From Phoronis australis (Eukaryota; Animalia; Phoronida), in assembly GCA_002633005.1 (NCBI GenBank), contig NMRA01001087.1, forward strand, positions 13,441-58,028: 44,588 nucleotides of DNA, written 5' to 3'. The notes under the pieces were generated by a model. The model was given only the letters and a program-made list of their open reading frames with translations. It did not search any database and was not told the origin of the DNA. Position numbers and translations under genes: made by a program. Each line of letters starts with the position of its first letter. Within the stretch, counting starts at the first letter, position 1. Positions 1 through 12,803 of the stretch are shown in pieces.

Positions 1-179
1 TCATACCCAGATGTGCACAAATATGGTTTCACGAAACTTATGAGCCACGTTCATGCGACGAAATCAAGAAGGGTTTTAAATTATCTTAAGAAAAACTCAA
101 GAGACATGTTATTAGTGCCAGAAACTTACCAGGATGCATGGAAATTTCACTATTTGGCTACAAAAACAAAAAAATGGTA

Positions 180-298
180 TTACACGGAGGGGGGAAACCC
201 CCCTCCCGACCTCCCCCCTCTCGGCGCCACGTGCCTCGGATTCGACCTTTGCGGGAATCCTAAACCCACCCCTTACTGAAAACGTAGATCCGCCACTG
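180..298. mobile_element. Right end of a hAT-like MITE
   Basis: C/G-rich stretch ending in GATCCGCCACTG, a terminus common in CAGTGGCGGATC-type invertebrate MITEs. Left end not seen. Confidence 0.45.
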
Positions 299-3030
299 CC
301 AATTGTATTGCTTTAAACCACTGTTAACTTTGTTTTGACAAGTGAATACATGTACATTGTCAGCATCATTAAACCTTCCTTTATAGCACTCTATATCAAA
401 ACGGTGAGTTCAATATCCCAAAAGATGAGAAAAGAGAAGAAAAGTTCCACGGACACCCAACACCAAAACGCGAGTTACTTCTATCACATCCGCGCTTCTC
501 CGGTGTCGGTCGTAAAGTAAAAGAGCGACATAATGGTCAAATATTGAGTTATCACAACCACCACTAACGTAACGCCTCACCATTAGTTATTATAAAATAC
601 AATGTAAACCACAGCTAAACGAGCGGCAGTATCTTACGATTTTTTACACTGAACGTAGTATAGGATAACACGTGCTGATCCATGTTCAAATTCTCCCAGG
701 TGGTATTTGAAGCATGGCCTAAGAGGAAATGCTAAACTTCCGAAAAAAGGTGCTGGTTTTTTTCCTCAACCTGTATTACTGGAATTTTAAAAGCGTTGTC
801 AGTTTTCTATTATTCACATCGATTTGTTAGGATGGAGGGAAAAATCGGGGGTGCAATGCATTAATTTTGATATCAAGCTGTGGAAGTAGAATTCATGAAC
901 TGTCCAGTCCCCAGTAGAGAAGACATACATGTACTTTGTTTTTGTAGATCGTAAAGGAGATGTCGAACTTTCCCTTGGATGGGCGTCCTCTTGAGCAGCT
1001 GCGTTCTTCATGAATACATTTTATGAGCTGTAATTACTTTTTCTTGTGCAGCTGTCACCAACGTCGTGCGACGTAAAGCCAGTACGACGTGACAGCGACT
1101 GGAAAGCGGGGGAATCGTAAGACAGTCACGAGAATGTCGTTTTATATGCATTTCATACAACGGTCGCGCTTGGTCGTACACCTGTCATGTGAGAGCCTCA
1201 ATCGGTAGAATTAGTGAAAGATATGATCACATTACATTTATTTGACGACAGTTGTACGACCGCTTTACCACCTCAGAATACTCTTTTGACTGTCGAACGT
1301 CAGTTGGGCTGCTACAAATATGTCGTGCTACACGTAGGTGACGTGACGTCATATTTAGGAGACTTCAATGCAAACATTGTAAATCACGCCTTCCCTTTCA
1401 GGAACACGCTCTATCTTTTCTGGCCCAGAACCTTAGACCAAGTTACAATGCCAATTCATTTTCCACGTTCATGGATGTGTTTTAGGCTAGAAGTACGACT
1501 ATTTTTCTCACGATTGGCATACAAAAATCGGTACACAACATCGTGTTTTCTTGCGACATTGTAAGAAGGCCCGCTATTGTCCTAATATCGTGTGATTTTC
1601 CTTCCAAAACACCGTCAGTCAATCCCATAGTCGTATAAAGCTCTACAGGTTTTAAGAATGGAAATTACACCCATCAGTGCGAGTCTATATTCCCGCATTT
1701 TTCATCTAAATTACATTCCCGGACAAGGAGACGTTAAACCGTGGTACAGGTTCGTCACCCCCTAACCCCCTCCGCAACAGTTTCACACTAATGTATACCG
1801 TACATGAAGTCCGGTCAGTCGATTCAAGGTATTGTGATGTAGTAACGTAAAACGGAAAAGCAACACTCACTAAGTGTTTTTTCGAAATTGACGCCAAGAT
1901 TAATTACCCTATAGTACTCCTATTCCTGAAATATTTCGAATTTCGTCAAAACACGTCTTCGTCACATATCCACGGTTCACGTTGGTCGGAACCGGGTGTG
2001 GTTATACGGGGCATATCCGAATAGAAGAATTTTAGTGATTTTACTTGCCTCTACACGCAATCCTACTTTTACCTGTCCTAAGATTTCTGTTGGCAATTCA
2101 TAAGCGCCGACGTGACTCCGTCAGCTTTTACGCTCGAGTCCTTTCCGTGTCTGTTATACATGTACAGTCACGATATTAGGTAAGCACGAGCAATACGTAT
2201 AGTTGTGCCATTAGGTAAACACGGGCAATAGCTGTGCCATTTTCACATCAGAGTCATAAGGACATCTTACCAAACAGCGGATTTACCAACTAGATTATCC
2301 CGAGAGAGCACTTGCCGATCGCCTCTACAAATAACATTCAAAGTAGTCCAAAATATAATTTTAATATTTTTGGACATTACTAAACATCAATAAATAATTA
2401 AATAAAACGATTCATTTTAAAGTGTGTAGAACAAAAAAACTCTCCGTGTGGTAACCCGACACTTTCAGTACGCGGGGAGCTGTGAGGGTTCATTTCGGGG
2501 GCTAAGTTTTGCAATAACTTATTCATCGTAGTAACGGATTTATTTTCAAATCTGAAAGGTTCGCCCGTTCTTGAATAGGTTACGCCACATAGATCCGTTA
2601 GTGACTTTGCGTCAAATTATTTGAGCAATTAAGCTGCCAACACTTTCTGAAACACACAATGTTGAGGGTTACAAGAGCAATCACCCAGTACATTATCCGG
2701 TAATGAAATAACTGCATAAGAACTTTGACATTTTAATATCACTTTGATTGATAACACATTTCCGACAAATTCTGCACTCCATATTTCCGGTCTTGTACTC
2801 ACTTGTGTAATCTTGTGTGTTGTTCCCGTATTAATATTTTGACTGGCGTTTGAAAACATATTAAGAAGTTGTTTGTGCGTAATTAACAACTACGCAAAGT
2901 TATTACGTTTAAATGATCGTGCCCTCTATCAACGTGTTCAGTCATATTAAGGGCAAAACACGTTCGTTACACTGCTTAACACGTACAGCTAAGATTTTTT
3001 TCAGTTCATAAGCCGTTGTAAACTACACAC

Positions 3031-3239
3031 CATGCGCGCACCGAGAGAGTAAACTGGACAACAGCCCGCCTCAGAGAAACAAAAACTCCGAAAAAAGTAG
3101 AAAACGAGACAAAAGTCCACTAAAAAGGCAGGAACTACTAATATTTGCCAATTGCACATAGCTCTGAACGTACTCCGTGAATCTTAATGAAAGGTCCACA
3201 TTCTCAAACTTTCCCGTTTTAAGGCTAGGTGCGCGCATG
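3031..3239. mobile_element. MITE family copy 1 (TIR CATGCGCGCACC)
   Basis: Perfect 12-bp TIR catgcgcgcacc/ggtgcgcgcatg. Flanks acacac/acacaa. Interior shared with 9058-9312. Confidence 0.75.
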
Positions 3240-4537
3240 ACACAACCTTTTTAATCCCGCCTGCAGGCTCCCAATAACACTCCCAATGCAGCCAACGCGT
3301 GGGTGCGCCTAATATTCACTGCATTAGCAGGGACGGTTAAACGACATTTACAAATTGCGAGAAAGCCATTTTAACGTTAGAAAATTGTTGTTTAACTTAC
3401 GAATGCTCTAAAAACTATCTGTGTATATTCCGAAAACGAGTACATATTTAATTAGGTTTACCTGGTGTTAAGACACCTCACTTGTAACGACAATATGAAA
3501 AAAGAATGTCTTACCACTATTTCGAGCATATTTAACTTCTGAAATCTGCGGGGAATTTCCAATAATGCGCTGAAGTTTACGAACAATTTCAACATTTATA
3601 GCCACCGGACGAGTTCATTTTTGTTTGTTTCAATGCATAGGAATGGCGCTGAGTGAGATTTTCCACCGACAAGTACACGTCATGAAATGGATTAACGTGT
3701 TCCGGTCCTAGTTCTTTGAAAAAGACACGAATATATTATGCTAGGCACCAGTGCTTGTAATGCTTTAGGCGCTGACAATGTGAGTTATGCTTCACCCCTG
3801 CCAATCCGCGATCGAGAACGCCCGGAAGACGATCGAGAACCAGACCTTGCCCCAAAAATGGCATACGACAGCGACGTACCCGGTGAGTTTACCTGTCATT
3901 TCTTCTTAAATAGAGGCTACTTTGGCACCTATGCGACACACAGAAAAGCGTCAGATTGTAGCCTTTGTTGTGGATCCGAAATAATGCTTTGTTTATTTTT
4001 TAAGTACGGGGCTCAGAAAGCAATGGCTTTCGCTAAAACGCTTTGTGCCTTTGTAAAATCGAAAATTGCTACTTGTTATTAGCAATTTCAAGGTTCTTAA
4101 ATAGAGACTTGTGACGTTTATAGTTAAATCGTCCCTGTTGACACCTTTGTTAGTTATGATTTGTGAAACAATTCGAGATATTTACCAATACAAGCAGGTC
4201 CTTGTGTGAGACGGCGATCGGGAACGAAATCGTTGATTCTCTACGGCGATCGTGAACACAAAAAAGCGATCGTGGACGCACATTTTTTCTGTGCATTGGC
4301 CTGAATAGTCGTTCAAGTTACGGTATTATGTTGATAATTTTAGAATAATATGGACCATGAACTAGTTGATATTTTGATTATTAATTATATTTCATCGTTT
4401 TTTTCTTCAAGATTTCTTTTGTGAGACAGCCTAACAAAAATAACTCAATGCGTTTGATTTTTTTTTTCAGTTGAACTGTAACCACACGACGAGTCCATCA
4501 GAATAGAGTAGTACAACTGCTGCATGTCACAAAGGAG

Positions 4538-4860
4538 TGCATGTGTATGTTGTGGAGCTTCGTTCAGGAACAAAAGAAATCGACTTAGTATGATCACACG
4601 GCAATAAAACACAGTGACAATACTGCAGGCAAGAACTTGACCAGACCCGTGATTGACGCGTTGCATGATTTTTTTGTCGCTATGGAACACAACATGAAGC
4701 ATCGTGGTTAGGAACCAAGTCGATTTACAGTGTGTCCCATCTGTGATCAATGTTTCACGAAAAAAGTGAGCCTGACGCGATACATTGCGTTACAGCATGA
4801 GGACACTCCCTTTTGTGGTGAATGTGGCAAACAGTATACCAGTCCTCCTTCTATATGCAT
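4538..4860 (+). pseudogene. Decayed C2H2 zinc-finger array fragment
   Basis: From 4733 it reads CPICDQCFTKKVSLTRYIALQHEDTPFCGECGKQYTSP (first His replaced by Tyr). CVCCGASFRNKRNRL lies near 4541. Stops and frameshifts fall between them. Confidence 0.55.
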
Positions 4861-7800
4861 AACAGGCAGAAACGTCATGAATGAGGTGAAAGTAGTTAAG
4901 TCACTATAGTTTATTCAGATTTACAAAGTTTTTGGTTGGTAATTGTCTGACCTGGTAGTATTTTGACGTTTTTTTTTAACCTTTTTTCTTTAAGGTTGTT
5001 TCTACATTTGTTATTTGTGTTATTTCAGCAGAATCTATAACAGAGCCAATACATTTTTGTAGTGTTTAGGTAGCTATAAATGGCCATACTCAGCGTCATT
5101 GGGCAATTATTACCTACAATTTTTGACCACTTAGAATTTTATAAGAAAATGTATGTCTTTGATTATTGTAGAAATTGGTTTCATATAGTTGTTGATTTCC
5201 TGTGAGAGACGGTTATACTATCAATCAGTCCGAAATACATTGTCTATGATTCAGTGATGATTTAGTGTAATACATTCCAAAAGTAATTTGTCGGAAATGT
5301 TCAATCGATTTGTAATGCTGAGTTCCCTAAAGCAATATTTTGCATATTTCTGTGGGAAAATTTTGAGGTATGTGTGATAAAAGATTAATTATATAACAGA
5401 CATGCTATAATATTGTTGTTGATTTCCTGTATAAATCACTACAGTGTGTAGTTGAAGTGACGTTAAAGACAACATGTTGACTACGTTTTGAAAAAAATCA
5501 CAGTATAGTACATGTATTATAATTGTCTCAGTCTTTCAATGTCACATGAGATCATGAACTGAAGATGCACGTGAATTTAGAAACAAGACTACAACACAGA
5601 TGAGTCAAACACAAGTCAATCTGTTCATCTCCGTATCGATGTTGTCAGTAAAACATCAAGTAAAATCCCACCCGTTTTATCAGCACATCAGTTTACACAA
5701 CCTCTGGCAATTTTTAAACTCCAGACATTCATGAGCAGAAACCTTTGAATCATCGCGTAAATGGTGTTCCCATGGCACTCCTCTCTCTCTATCCATGGTC
5801 AACCTCATTATCATTCTTTCACTTCACTGGATATTTGTTTTTTTTTTACTTTTGCTGTCACAATTTTGCAGGAAGATTCGACACTGACTTTCATCTGCTG
5901 CAATAACTTGTTTACCCCTGGCTAACACGCGACATGGAACAACTGCTGGGTGAGTCTTCAGTTTAGAACCCCTTGTTCCTAGTGGTTTTGTCTAAAATTA
6001 GATGTCTGTATTTCAAAATCCAGGTAGGGTGTACCTTCGGGCGTCCTGGGTAACATGTTCGTTGAAAATCGCCTCACAATAACAATGAACTTGTTTCCTG
6101 AAATAAAAATAAATTCATTTGTGAAAAAAAACAATAACTAAAATAGTATGCTTGATGTACATGTAGAGCTCATGGCGATTTACTGGTAATATGCTATGCT
6201 ATTGTTTAGTTTTGATACGAAAGTAACCTCGTAATGACGCAAAATGTGATTAAGTAATTGCACCAAATTTATTTTGTAAACTTTTCACGTTTTATAAGTA
6301 AAAAGTTCATTATTATTTGACACACCACGATGCATTTCCGATCGCATAAACAAAACACAAATTTGCGTTCCCGATAGCTTATCTTTGGGTTCTCGATCGC
6401 ATCTTTCAACAGAAAAGTGTCGAAAATTCAGAGATTCTGATAGAACTACAAAAAACAAGTGTTGCGTGATATTTTCATGCGTCATTTCTTCATAACTTAA
6501 TGTTCAATTTATTAATATAGTACCAAAAGTAACCGCAATTTGCCAAAATGACGTACAAATCACCTTCGGCTCATGCAATGACTCGGTTAACGTAGCTTTT
6601 CTCTAATAATTGGAAGAGACACTTGCCTAAACCTCTACCTGCCCTTCCTCAATGTGTTACGCCATGAACTCATGCCTCCGTTTTCCCATTGGAAGCAGAA
6701 ACAACGAAAATTCATCAAATTTACTCACCTTGCCTGGCTTACCTTCTCTCGCCACATTTGGTTCTCGATCGCCTTGCGGACCTTCTCGATTGCGGGTTGG
6801 TCGGGGTGTGCTTTAGTTTCACAATTAATGAAACGTTGAACAGAAGCCAAAGTGAACACAATATTGGGTTGGGGGCCACTCCCCATACTTGAATATAAAA
6901 AAAACGGGCACCGACAAGTCTACATTTGTCAGGTGATTCTTAATTTCTAGGGGGAACCCAGAGGCAGGTCCTATAAAATGTATTTGCTGTTATTAAAGGC
7001 GAGGCGTCTTTTCAATTACTTCTTACCTAAAGAGGTACGACTGTGGTTTACCAAAATCCGCGAAGTAATCGTTTGTGCGACAATTGCTCATTAGCAAAGT
7101 ATTTGAATGTCCCTTGAAGGGTATACATGTAGGATGTTGTAATGGGGATTGGCGTAGTTTTCTAAGGAAAATGCACGCGTGGGCCGAAAATCGACATGTT
7201 CTTTGGGGAGTAATTATTTGGCCGTGTCCGACATAAATTCGATAATTTTTCAATTCAAAATTCTTTATTTGCGTTAAGTGATAGAGCGCGACATCAACCG
7301 CCAAAAGTTGGAATTACGCTAAGAATGCGGCAATACTAAAAAAGACAGAAGGTTTTAAGGAGATCTCAAACGATAAATTACTTTTAGGAACATTGCTAGA
7401 GCAAGACTGCGTTCTGTCATAACGTTTTCATAGGCTAAGAATGAATTCTGGCACCTTTGCCCTGCATAAAAAATCCTTGAAATGGATAAGATAACGTTAA
7501 GGAGAACGATAGGTGCCAGGGTGTTTTTTTCTGAGGAGAGTATTCGACGACTAAAATACTGACTTAGATGATATCATGTACCTCTGGTTGGCCTGTTTGA
7601 ACCGCCACAGGCATGGTGATAGGCTGCTAGGGACTTACTTTGTAAACATTCATTTTTACCTCAAGGCAGCCAAAATCTGAAATCTTGGAGGTTCATTATG
7701 TTTGCCGAATGCAAAATCCCAATCGTCGTCTCTTAACCAGCCGTCACCGTTTCCGTTTCGTCACGATTTACCGCTGAAAACCTTGAAGTCGTAGTGGATT

Positions 7801-8139
7801 GTGTTCTGGATGGTGGCGTAAATCTGTTACACGATTCTGTTGTGATACCCCTGTATTCGGAAAGAATCTGTTATCTACAATTTCGGTCAATTCATGGCGA
7901 ACAGTAACCCAGCAGTGTTTTCTTTTAAACAATTGGAATTTGTTTATCCATGAGTTAATCGTGCCACTTTCTTGGTCTTTACGGATACTTAGTTTTAAAC
8001 TCAGTCAGGCAGATGTCGTTACCGTGCACTGATGCCATATTGATTGACGGCCCTGAGGACGGTTTATTAAAAATTATGAGTTATCGCTGATATATTTCAT
8101 ATCAGTAGTCAACATACTGAGCAGACCTAGTCATGACTA

Positions 8140-8606
8140 CCCAGATAGCATGCTGACGGTGGCCCGACGCCGGTTCAACAACTCACGTTACGTCGGACCA
8201 ACGTTGGTGTCTGATGTCGAACCAACGTGATTTTGTCCATCGGATGAACGTCGTAACAACATCGGAACACCGGGGGGCCGCCAATGAACCGACGTTGGTC
8301 CGACTGCCGACTAATAACTAACGACGGCACGACTTGGGGTCAACGACGGAAATACGACCCTTTGCCGACTTCGCGCTAATTCAATTCCGACCACTTTTCG
8401 ACATTGCGCCTCCCTGCAAGCGATTGTTTACCGACTCGCACCAACTTAGAGGCGACTGTTTTCCAACGTCGCACCAACGTAGAGGCGGTTGTTCGCCAAC
8501 GTTACACCAACTAAGAGACAACTTTTTGCCAACGTCGCACCAACTTAGAGGCGACTGTTTGCCAACGTAGCACCAACTTAGAGGTGAGGTGACTGTTTGC
8601 CAACGT
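8140..8606. mobile_element. Terminus of a CMC/EnSpm-like DNA transposon with a subterminal 33-bp tandem repeat
   Basis: Starts CCCAGATAGCA and carries many ccaacg/cgttgg motifs. About 5 copies of tcgcaccaacttagaggcgactgtttgccaacg at 8436-8605. The opposite end was not found. Confidence 0.5.
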
Positions 8607-9057
8607 GGCATCGACCTTCTACTTTTCAGTCACCCCCTTTTTTGCCTGTTCCCATAAAGGACAAACATCAACTGATTTAACTATCAAATTAGTCGAGAAC
8701 ATTTTAAGAACAGTCATGGCCACACAACCAATGGGTGGCAAACACAGTACTTTGCTCCGTTGTACATCAGGATATGCACAGAAAATCATAACTTGACAGC
8801 ATGCAGTGTGTCATTAAAAACATTCATGTGTTCTTTTAGCATTTTATTAAAGCACATCAATATCAGAAATGATGAAGTAAATCATAAAAATAAAGTATTT
8901 GGACAGAAGAGAACATTTAAAAATGCAATATGCCATTATGACCTTTTATGTAAATTTGTGGCAAGCCTTGATTAGTAACTTTCATGAGAAGTGTGCTAAA
9001 ATTATGGTTAGGATAAAGAAACGTTGCACCCATCAAGCTTAAAACTTTATAAATATT

Positions 9058-9312
9058 TGCGCGCACCCAGGGGGGCTCGGGGGTTCGAACGAGCACCTTT
9101 CCATTTGGCAGGCTGGGCAAAAAGGTCCGCCTTGTAGAAACAAAAACATCGAAAATGTAGAAAACGAAACAAAAGTCTACACAAGGCAGGAACAACCAAA
9201 AATTCCGGGAATGCCAAAATCACAGCTCCGATCGTACCCCTGAATATGTCAGGGTAAAAGGACCAGATTCTAAAAGAATTGGAGCCCCCATTTTTGGTTG
9301 GGTGCACGCATG
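9058..9312. mobile_element. MITE family copy 2
   Basis: tgcgcgcaccc...gggtgcacgcatg termini. Flanks aatatt/aatact. Interior similar to 3031-3239 and 28298-28554. Confidence 0.7.
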
Positions 9313-10906
9313 AATACTAGACTGAAAAATTATGCTGATTACAAAGCTTTTGAGTTTATACATCAAAGAATATTTGAAACTATGCTTGGAACTAAAAAAT
9401 AAAGTGATTATTGTTCAATTAGCGTAATGGGTGGCAAAGTGAGCTTTTCCAATAATTACAGTTTCGTTGGAGGACATGAAATACAGAAATATGAGTAAAT
9501 CAACAGACTTACAGAATTTTGCATATGTCAAACATTTGGTGAAATACAACAAAAACCTTTTCAAAGATACACCTACTTAACTAAAATACAATTATGTGAC
9601 TAAATGAACACGAAAATTCCAAGTAATTATTCATAAATACTTCAATGAATAACTGAATGTTAATTAAGCTATGGAATATATACACCTGGGATTTAAAGCA
9701 ATTTTGGCACGTGTAACAATGGATTTCTGTCTAAGAATTTAATGCAAATTTAAAAAGATGTCTCTCATTACTGAGTGTTCATCATTACCCGGGCCCAAGC
9801 AGTACAATTTTTTAAAAGATTTAACAGAATGTAAAAATAGGACAAGACTGAAACATATCAGTACAAAATTAAGATGCCATCTTCAAGTTAAATAAAATAC
9901 AAAATATTTGTAATCATGCACAAAGAAGTACTTCCTGCGAAGTCTTCATTTAAATCTTGATACAAGAAAGCCCAAGTTAATTTGCACTGCAGATTCAATC
10001 TGTAACTTCTTCCTCGCTACCACGTTCTTGGACGTAATCTAAAACTTGCACAGCTTTCCCTGTAAACTTCAAGAACTACATGAAAGTAAGTCTTGGTTTC
10101 ACTACAAAGCAAATTCATCAAAAACATATGTTGACATCTTTGGTTTCATATTTAGAAAGTTTAATTTTAGGTTTAACGTGTAATGGAAAATTAACATCTT
10201 TTTATTAAGGAAAATTACTATACAAGTTGAAGAAATCAGTTTTGCTCACAATGCTACAAAGGCTCAGTATTCAAAAGACTTGGCAAATCATCAATTTTGA
10301 GAACTATATCATTGCTGTTTACCTGTTTGTTGCCTCCTTAATTCTGGCACCAACTCTGTCGGCAGCATACTTCAGCTCTGCACTTCGGCCTTCATTTCAA
10401 CTGACCTTCAGTTTCTGCCACTTTTAAAATTTCAAACAAAAACATCCTAATACAGGTAATTATTAAAAATACACAATTAAAAGAAACAACTTACGAGCTG
10501 AACATTACAGAGTTTCTTGTTCAAGTTTCTCAGAGCTATAAGAACAGAGGTTTAAATATTTTCACATTAATTTTTACAACAAGAAAACTTATTGATGAGC
10601 AGGAAATTTACTTGCCTGTAGCATATTTAATTTCTGCATGGTGCAAGACCCAGTCCACCTCAAGCTATCACTTCTGCTCCGCCGCCATTAAAAGTTACCT
10701 CCCTTTCAGAGAGCTGAGGGTGGCAGGCTGCAATCATCTCTCTTCACCCAAACCCAACACAGGGGTACTACATCTGTACTTCTACACTGCCCTCATCAGT
10801 GAAAAACACACGAGCATACATTCTAAAAGACAACGAGTAACAATCAGTGACATGTTAAAATAGTCACTAGCAAGTTTTTCATTGTTCTTCCAGGAACACG
10901 TCCAAT

Positions 10907-12056
10907 GGGGCTATTCGGAGAATTCTCCTCGCGATGTCGCTGCTGTACTAGTGGTGATTGAATTGCGCATGCGTGGCTGTCTGCATGTAAACAACTGGTA
11001 AAAGATGGAATTTTTATCAAAATACGTCGTCGCGCTAAGCCTTATTACTGCTAATTTCCCTGGTGCAAGTCTTCGACAGGTGGCCACAAATTCCCAAAAG
11101 ACCTAAGGTTACTATATTCGTGGACAACTGCGGTCAACAGGGTCAACTAACTGACAAAAAGTGTGTGGATGCTGAAGCCCCGTGTGTGCTCTATGNNNNN
11201 NNNNNNNNNNNNNNNNNNNNNNNNNNNNNNNNNNNNNNNNNNNNNNNNNNNNNNNNNNNNNNNNNNNNNNNNNNNNNNNNNNNNNNNNNNNNNNNNNNNN
11301 NNNNNNNNNNNNNNNNNNNNNNNNNNNNNNNNNNNNNNNNNNNNNNNNNNNNNNNNNNNNNNNNNNNNNNNNNNNNNNNNNTCCATTCAGGGACGGTACA
11401 GAAGCGATGCATATCTCCTCTGCACGGTACAAGCCTTCAAACCTAAAAACCAAAGGTTACGTGAAAACTGACGAGATAGATTTCCATTTCAACGTGTAAT
11501 AGATTTCCAGAAGACATATGATAGGGAGTTAACAAATAGTCTAATGCAATGGATATTTATCACTCACGTACCCTTTGCCATAGGGATTGGATTGTAATCT
11601 TAACTCATTAACCTGTATCGAGTTGACAACATAAACATTCAGCATTGATTGATGTAACTGTAACTGATAAACTTTTAGAAATCATTCCAAACAATAATAA
11701 TGCTTTGATGTACGAAAAGATCCCGATTGCTACGTCAAGTATCGTATCACAAGATTAACCAGACTCTCGCTGGCGACTGACTGCCGCGAAGTCGACATCG
11801 GCGAGTGCCTCAGTTAACAGGCATCGGAAGAATTATCATGGAATAATCGTTAAAATAATCACAAACCTTACCTTTGTTTGAGGTCGTGCTTACTTCCTCT
11901 CATAGAAGCACCCTTTTTACGCAATCTCAGATTCAGTTGGCGCGACTGCAAGCCATTTCACCATGTATTTAAAGGGCTCGCGAAATCGAGGCTGTTAATC
12001 TATCACCACTAGTACACGCACGCCCTCTAGTTATTGAAGATTTTCGGAATAGCCCC
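10907..12056. mobile_element. Internally deleted ISL2EU-like (PIF/Harbinger-related) DNA transposon with THAP and SAP remnants
   Basis: TIR ggggctattc(g/c)ga(g/a)aa, flanked by AT on both sides. Plus strand 11046-11195 reads YC*FPWCKSSTGGHKFPKDLRLLYSWTTAVNRVN*LTKSVWMLKPRVCSM (THAP). Minus strand ~11952-11872 reads LQSRQLNLRLRKKGASMRGSKHDLKQR (SAP-like), followed by a gtaagg donor. Confidence 0.72.
11196..11381. other. Assembly gap (186 N)
   Basis: Run of N. Confidence 1.
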
Positions 12057-12595
12057 ATTGCCGTGACTGTCCTTGGCCAGGGAATGAACATTGATAAATC
12101 TTGTTACTAAAGTGATACAGTGTATCACCCTAGTAGGTGTTACAAACTTACAATGCTACCAAAAAGATAAATAAACTATATTGATTTTTTTATTTAGGTT
12201 TGAGGTTTTAATCGCCTATGCAATGTACATGGCTTTGTGATTTTCACAATGAACGCTCAAAACAGGGAAGGGGTCAACAAGCAGTGAGTACTCTGTTTCT
12301 ACCAGTCTTTCAAGTTTTCTTCCGGACTTTGCGTATTCAGTTCAACATTCAGTAACCCACCCATGTACACTGTCAGTGATCAAGTGTCCGTCTGGTCAGT
12401 AGATAACAATCAATTCGAATTCATGTCAAAATCGGGTAACTCAACTTGAAATTCTTTAATAGTTTAACAATTTGTCGCAGAGTAATTGATTACAGTACTT
12501 GGTCTTCAACTTACATGTCTTATCTGCTAATGGAATGTTAAGACCCCATTCTTTGAAAAACCTGAGTCGCACACTTTTCCAGTGACTTAGTTACG

Positions 12596-12803
12596 GGATT
12601 GTTCTAAACCCCTCGATCCCACAACCCTCGACCCACGACCCGGCTCTCGACTCACGACCCCACGACCCACAACTCACATCCCCCGTGCATTCACGACCTT
12701 CGACAACAGAGTAATCTTTGCGCTTTTAACATATTTCATAATATTATTGCGTCGCTGATTGACTTTACCATCAAACGAATCTGTGCTCTGGCTGGGTGGT
12801 TAA
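12596..12803 (+). mobile_element. Left part of a Mutator-like MITE (ctcgacccacgac family), continuing at 17506-17620
   Basis: Terminus ggattgttctaaacccc plus ctcgacccacgac repeats. Collinear with 40775-41090 once 12804-17505 is removed. Confidence 0.7.

Noticed and set aside
700-735. cag|VVFEA... resembling a MAM last exon on the plus strand
   Set aside because: Stops after 11 codons with no DIA.D motif. Probably chance.
7733-7850. Ser/Thr-rich terminal exon (GITTESCNRFTPPS...) for the MAM gene
   Set aside because: The gene already ends at 19805 with a complete MAM C-terminus and polyA signal, and there is no independent support.
8023-8060. Minus-strand VLRAVNQYGIS resembling a fibronectin type III strand
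   Set aside because: Too short, with no neighbouring FN3 exons.
8334-8611. CRISPR array or repeat-protein ORFs on both strands
   Set aside because: A 33-bp tandem repeat without unique spacers. The ORFs exist only because the unit length is divisible by 3.
11063-11499. Six ORFs spanning the gap
   Set aside because: Artefacts of the N run. Only the THAP relic frame has support.
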